A DNA stretch of 53,299 bases, filler included, from Asterionella formosa (Eukaryota), in NCBI GenBank assembly GCA_002256025.1. It is 4 parts of 4 records of this genome, joined end to end, with 100 filler letters (N's around TTAATTAATTAA, not from the genome) between each part and the next. Parts side by side here need not be neighbours in the genome. Positions count along the whole stretch, not along the records: positions 40,069 to 53,299 come from NKIB01006861.1; 3 more parts are not named here. One strand, 5' to 3'. The notes under the pieces were generated by a model. The model saw only the letters and a program-made list of their open reading frames with translations, searched no databases and was not told the DNA's origin. A program made the position numbers and the translations under genes. Positions 47,798 through 53,299 of the stretch are shown piece by piece (positions within the stretch are counted from its first letter, which is position 1; each line of letters opens with the position of its first letter).

Positions 47798-49926
47798 GGA
47801 TAAATGCTCAAGGTGTGAATGAAGGGAACTTGATATAATTCGTGCTGTCAAGCTTTGGCAATGAAGCTAGACAATTTTGTTGATTTCCGTATCATATGTA
47901 ATAGATGGATAAATGATGAGAGGGTTTTCATTGATTTGTATTGTAAAGCCAGGAACACAGGAGTCATTAGCCCTGTTGCTTTCCATTACATTTTAAAAAG
48001 TTAAACTCAACGGTAGTAGAGCCAATTAATGTAAGGGAGCCGAAATCGGATAAGTCTAATTCGTAGCTCGTTAGTATGGATGTCAACTGCAAAGGAGGAG
48101 CATGTGTATTAGTCTACCCTGTATTGAATACATAAAGATAGTATAGAACCAGTTATACCGGGATATGTATAAGGAAGGCAATTGAAATGGACAGATGACT
48201 CTATCTACTGCTACCAGGTGCTCGAGATCTACTGGTGTATACATTTTTACATTGCTTAACTTTCTTCACCTCATAAGTATTGATAATTATGCTCGACGGT
48301 CTAGACTAACAGGTACCGTAATGGTTCATTACAATTTGTTTATACCGGTATAAGTTAGTTTAACTAGTACACAATACCAGGGTATCAAAACCCAATGGCG
48401 AATAGCAGGAACAATCAGCAGAAGATAAATGTAAAAATACAACAATATATATTATGATACTGCATAATCACAGAAGTGATTGCAACAAGTGACATTACGA
48501 CAACAGCAACCCATTTATTGTGTAATTGCATTTCTCCCAGGAGGAAGTATTCAAACTGGCGTAAACGATCAATCATGTTGTTGTTACGTTGATGCTTGCT
48601 GTAGCTGACGGTGAACGCTGTTCCATAGGAAGGTGTTTATATTGTTGGCCAGATTGCTCGCATCAAGTTCTCTGACATTTTACAACATACGCCTTTGTGC
48701 AAATATCTTGCCAACCGCATTTATACGTTTCCGCGAAAACAATAACTATTATTTCAAGTTTTGGCAAAACATTTCGGTCGTAATCTTCCACGATAGAACT
48801 TCTCATTCGATCACAAGAGAGAATGTCCGGACGAGCACCTGGGAAACGAAGGAAAATGACGAATGTTGTAAGCAATCAAGCAATATTGAGCCAAGTTCAT
48901 GAAAAGGAATACATTTGATTCCCCTCATATCTCATAATCCATTATAAAAAACCATAGGCCGACGTTGCTACTGCTTTGCTGAGCAAAATTTCGCCAATTA
49001 ACGTCCATTGCTTCACGTCGAGGGAACCCCGAGCCACAATCCCAGGACCGTCAAGCGCCCGCTCCAACCAAAGGAGTTTCTTCATGCAGCCAAACAGGGG
49101 CCTCTATAATCGTCATTTTTAAATCATTGGGGAATTCCATGAGGTGCACAAACAGAAAAAATTTGAACAAAACTAGCACGGACCTGCCTTGCTTGACTAA
49201 TCGGGCAGAGGATTTGAAATCAAACATCACGTTGTCGTTGATGAGCAAACGGATTTCGAAGGCTGTTGATCATGAAATCGTGAGTACTGGTACTGATGCG
49301 ATTATGGCGGATATTAGCTGCTGATAGGGTGTGTTGTTAAGTTCGTTTCCTCATGGTTCAAGGGAGAGGCGGCGACACACCTTTTTTCATTTTGTCAGAA
49401 AATAATTGCCATACATTGTGTTGCTTGCGTATTATGGTTACACGTGTACATTTATGCTAATTTGCACCGCCAATAATTGCTAAGTACTGCTACACGGAAC
49501 CAGTGATTTATAGCAATATTTTCTCCATCGAATTACAAACGCACAAATAGATGACGTACGTAAGCATATTAATAACGGTGCGTACCAGGTACTCCATGAA
49601 TAATTAAGATAGGTCAACAGTGAATACATCTTTTATAATTTATGCTTATATGGTTATAAATAATGTATAATAACCCCAACCCTACATATGTAAAAATTCA
49701 TAATACCGCCTTTACAAAACGTGTGTACCCGGAGTAAGGCTACCAGGTATACTGTTGATTCATCTTACATATGCCGGTATGTACAAATAAATCATGTCAT
49801 GTACGGTGAGTACATATATATGTTCTTTTAGTTCTTTTTCTTCTCGGTTTGCAAAATTAGTAATCAAACTTCAACGCATCACCCATGGTGTAGCGTTTTG
49901 ACGTTCAAGACGCGTTACATCATCTC

Positions 49927-51595
49927 ATGGCGGCCTTTCGAACAAGATCTCGTACCATCTTTGTTCTACTTATATCACTTTGCTCATCGACTTGCCACTG
50001 CTTTCTCGTTCATGGCGAATCCCGACGAACTTTCGTTTCCCCAATTCCATTGCAGCCTAACGATAGAGTAGTTATTGACAGCAGTGAGAGCGATGACAAA
50101 AGCTTCGATAAAGGCACGTACGACGCGTCGTATGGCCATTCATTAGTAAGTGACTCGTCTTCGAGTCTAACACACACACAACGAGACCTCAAGCGACGAA
50201 GGATGGACCTATTCATGTGCGATCGCGAGCATTGCACGGATATTATTCGAGAACGGGTTTCGGGACATGCCAATCACATGGCATTCGATGGGCCCGCGAC
50301 AGGTCAAGTCTGTTATGTGTGGGAAGACCACCACGGTACCGCCACAGAACGGCAATCGGTGCTCTTGCTTGTCAGACCAGGAGATGAGACGCTAATGGCC
50401 CTTGCAGGCCATGCAGTGCAAGAGCTGGTGCAGGATGGTATACAGGTGTATTTGGCACCAGATCTTGCCGCCAAACTTATACACAATCACGGAGTTGAAG
50501 ATAGGCAGAATTTCATTAAACTATATGAGCCCCTTCCTGTTCCTGGGTTTGGAGGTGTGTGTTGGCCCCTACGACCACTTGTCGCATCGAACTCTCTCCA
50601 TTTTATTATTTCTCACTCTTTTGCTGGCTTCTTTTACAGGTAATCACGTTTCAGTGAATGACACCTTCATGGGCGAAGCAAAACATAAGGATGCCCAGCA
50701 AAACCCAGATTTAATTTGCACACTGGGCGGTGACGGCCTCTTAATGCACGCCAGCATGATGTTTTCTGGGCCTGTCCCGCCTATCCTATGTGTTGCCGGG
50801 GGGTCCTTGGGTTTCCTCACACCTTTCTCAAGAGATGAAATGGTAGATGCTATTCGTATTGCCTTGGGAATTATGAAGCGAGAACACGCAGTCGAAACTC
50901 GTCGGAATCCAGTGGAAATTCGGCCTTTTATGTTACAAGAAAAGCTGCCCAGCTTTCAACTGGGATCTGGGAACAGAATATGTTTATCCATGCGTATGCG
51001 ATTGGATTGTCGGGTCATTAATCGAGAAGGTGTAGTCAGAGCAAGATTTAATGTTTTGAATGAAGTAGTCATTGATAGAGGAAACTCTCCATATCTTGCA
51101 GCCCTGGAGTGTTTTTGTGATGATGTGCACTTGACAACAGTCCAAGCTGATGGGATTATTTTTGCAACGTAAGTTGACTTGTTTTGAAGAGAAGCTACAG
51201 ATGAATACATGAAACTTGCTCAAACCAAAGTGTAAAATAGTCCAACAGGGTCCACAGCATATAGCATGGCAGCTGGAGGATCTGTTGTCCATCCTGCCGT
51301 CCCAGCTATCCTTGTAACTCCAATCTGCCCCCATGTCTTATCATTTCGATCCATGATCTTTCCAGACTCAGTGGTGCTTCGATGTTATGTTCCAGATGAT
51401 GCTCGAGCAGATGCATCAGTTGCATTTGATGGGCGATATCGACGAACCTTACATCGAGGTGATTCAGTCCAAATCCAAATGAGTATTCATCCAGTCCCAA
51501 CCATAAACCGAGTCGATCATTCCGCAGACTGGTTATATTCATTGAAAGAGAATTTTAATTTCAACACACGAGCACGACAAATGCCACTTGGATGA
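49927..51595 (+). CDS. NAD(+) kinase, probably plastid-targeted (exons 49927-50554, 50640-51168, 51241-51595)
   Basis: LGGDG, GSLGFL, LNEVVIDRG and ADGIIFAT|PTGSTAYSMAAGG motifs. Signal peptide followed by CHC-FL (ASAFAP-like). Confidence 0.93.
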
Positions 51596-52363
51596 CCAAG
51601 TTGGTTTATGGTTTTGAAGCCAGTTGTCCTGGTGTCTACATTAACTGAACATTTCACACCCCATTGTCTTTGGCTCAGCCTTTTCAGCTACAATTTCAAT
51701 GTAATATAATCTTAATTGCTAGGTGACACCTTACCTAAATGTTCCAAAAACATTATTGTTTGTGCTTCCAATTTATCAACTTAATAAATTCAAATGATAC
51801 AGAATTGATTAACATGCATTTAACAATTTCATTATGCTATGAGTTCTCACAGCTGATAGATATATACCATCAATATGGAAGACTATAAAAAGGGGAGCAA
51901 CAAAAGGAAGATAGTCAAAAAATGTTGTGTCGGAACTATTACCTTTGACAAAATCAATTGCAGTGGGGAAATAGGGTGTTTCTACTGGTTTGACTTCCTT
52001 CCTGTAAAATCGTAATTTTTTTGTTAGGTGTAGCGTTTTTCTCAATTAATTGAAACAATACTGTCATTCATCCCAAAAAGTATGTATATGTTGACTGTTG
52101 ACACCATTTCTATCAATAGCCAGCTTCTGTCGAGAACATGTGGTGAAAGAGCTAATAATGACTCGAATTCATGCTAGAAAATCATATCAGAATTAATGTC
52201 AATACAATTTTATTGAACCTTAAAGCTATCCAATACTTGCACTCGAGACCAAATAAGTGATATAATTTGTACCAGTGTTTATTCATCCATAGTACGGGAC
52301 AACAGGACCTGTCTTTCTGTCAGCTTCACACCCCGAAACCCTAGGGACTACACGAGAAAGACA

Positions 52364-52428
52364 GGTGGAGTATGCAGGACTCGAACCCACCATCTCAAAA
52401 GGTGTGCTAATCAACTAAGCCGTTCCCC
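52364..52428 (-). ncRNA. Degenerate tRNA-Ala-like sequence (pseudo-tRNA or SINE head)
   Basis: GGGGAACGGCTTAGTTGATTAGC...GGGTTCGAGTCCTGCATACTCCACC has an A-box-like segment, a B box, G3:U70 and A73. The anticodon arm is shortened and the acceptor stem is mismatched. Confidence 0.5.
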
Positions 52429-53299
52429 TCAGTTCGTGGTTATAAAAGCATTGCCAGTTCAACTGTGTATTGACTGATTTAACCCCAAAAATGGCAACAT
52501 CCACCAATTGACCTGCTTATCTCAAGAACGGGCAAGAATCACTGACACAGCATAAGCATGCTGAACATTGCTCCTCCATACTACATGCCAAGAAGGAACA
52601 AATTCATCTGAAACAGAATTAATCTGCTTGATTGCATCGGAATACCGGTATACCATGATTCCACATATATCATACTACTACCGGTATATTGTTGTTCTTA
52701 GTTCTCTTCTCATGTGGAACAGAGGTCGGTGACGGTATACTGCAAAGCAGTATGATGCAGTATTGGACACTGATAGTACTGATCCAGACACAGTATCAGT
52801 ATACCAGTATACTGTCATTCTATATTCCAAATACCATACTGTTCCAAAATTTTGCCAGTATACTGCCTGCTATGTAGGAATCTTCAGAAAATCCAGCATG
52901 TCTTGTAGCATTAGAGAGCGGAATTCCGTTCAATGCTTGGGCAATTAAGCAACACCAAAATAGAAAAAATCGGCATACTATAGAAATTATATTTGTCTTG
53001 ACCTTCTCCTTGGCACTTCTGTTAGTTGTGATTGCCAAGCACATTCTTGTTACTTGTGTGAGGAAGTCAACATCACCTGCTGTGTTTGAAGCGATGCTAT
53101 TTCTAAAAATGAATAGACATTACTGGAATGAGGTTGTTGTGGCTGGTAAGTAAAGCAATGGGTAGGAATATCACATTAGAGATGGATGATGATCAAGTAG
53201 ATTAACATGATTGAACCAAGTAAAGCAGTAAGTAGCTGCCATTATTGCCTGCTGCATCCTTTGTTTTTGGCCGAAAAAAATTTGCGCGATGACTGAGTG

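Noticed and set aside
48400..49330. Possible small spliced gene between ABCG and the NAD kinase
   Set aside because: I could not build a coherent exon chain or recognise a domain.
52330..52346. AAACCCTAG as a telomerase RNA template or hammerhead core
   Set aside because: Too short for a 1.5-repeat template, and the hammerhead CUGANGA core is absent.

Overview
Eukaryotic nuclear DNA, most likely from a diatom. The evidence is short GT-AG introns, bipartite plastid-type presequences, diatom-type Copia/Gypsy fragments and a KxxK/RxL cell-wall-type protein. The window is not contiguous: four contigs of about 13.2 kb (1-13260, 13361-26615, 26716-39968, 40069-53299) are joined by N44-TTAATTAATTAA-N44 linkers, so synteny across linkers is meaningless. 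Contig 1 is transposon-rich and bounded by long inverted arms ending exactly in ~140-bp CACACTGTG termini. It holds CMC/Plavaka-like and Copia remnants and an intact membrane-anchored LRR gene. Contig 2 has three copies or fragments of an RI-type-LRR plus unknown-domain family, a TA-flanked MITE, Gypsy gag and Harbinger-type transposase remnants, and several minisatellites. Contig 3 has a secreted KxxK-rich SdrD-B-repeat protein, a double-domain sulfotransferase and a convergent pair of M17 leucine aminopeptidases. Contig 4 has a ~3.7-kb long-inverted-repeat element with a decayed ORF and twin palindromes, an ABCG half-transporter, a probably plastid NAD kinase and a tRNA-Ala-like element. The palindrome TACCGGTA is strongly over-represented outside the well-supported genes. 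All family assignments come from motif recognition by eye; no searches were run.
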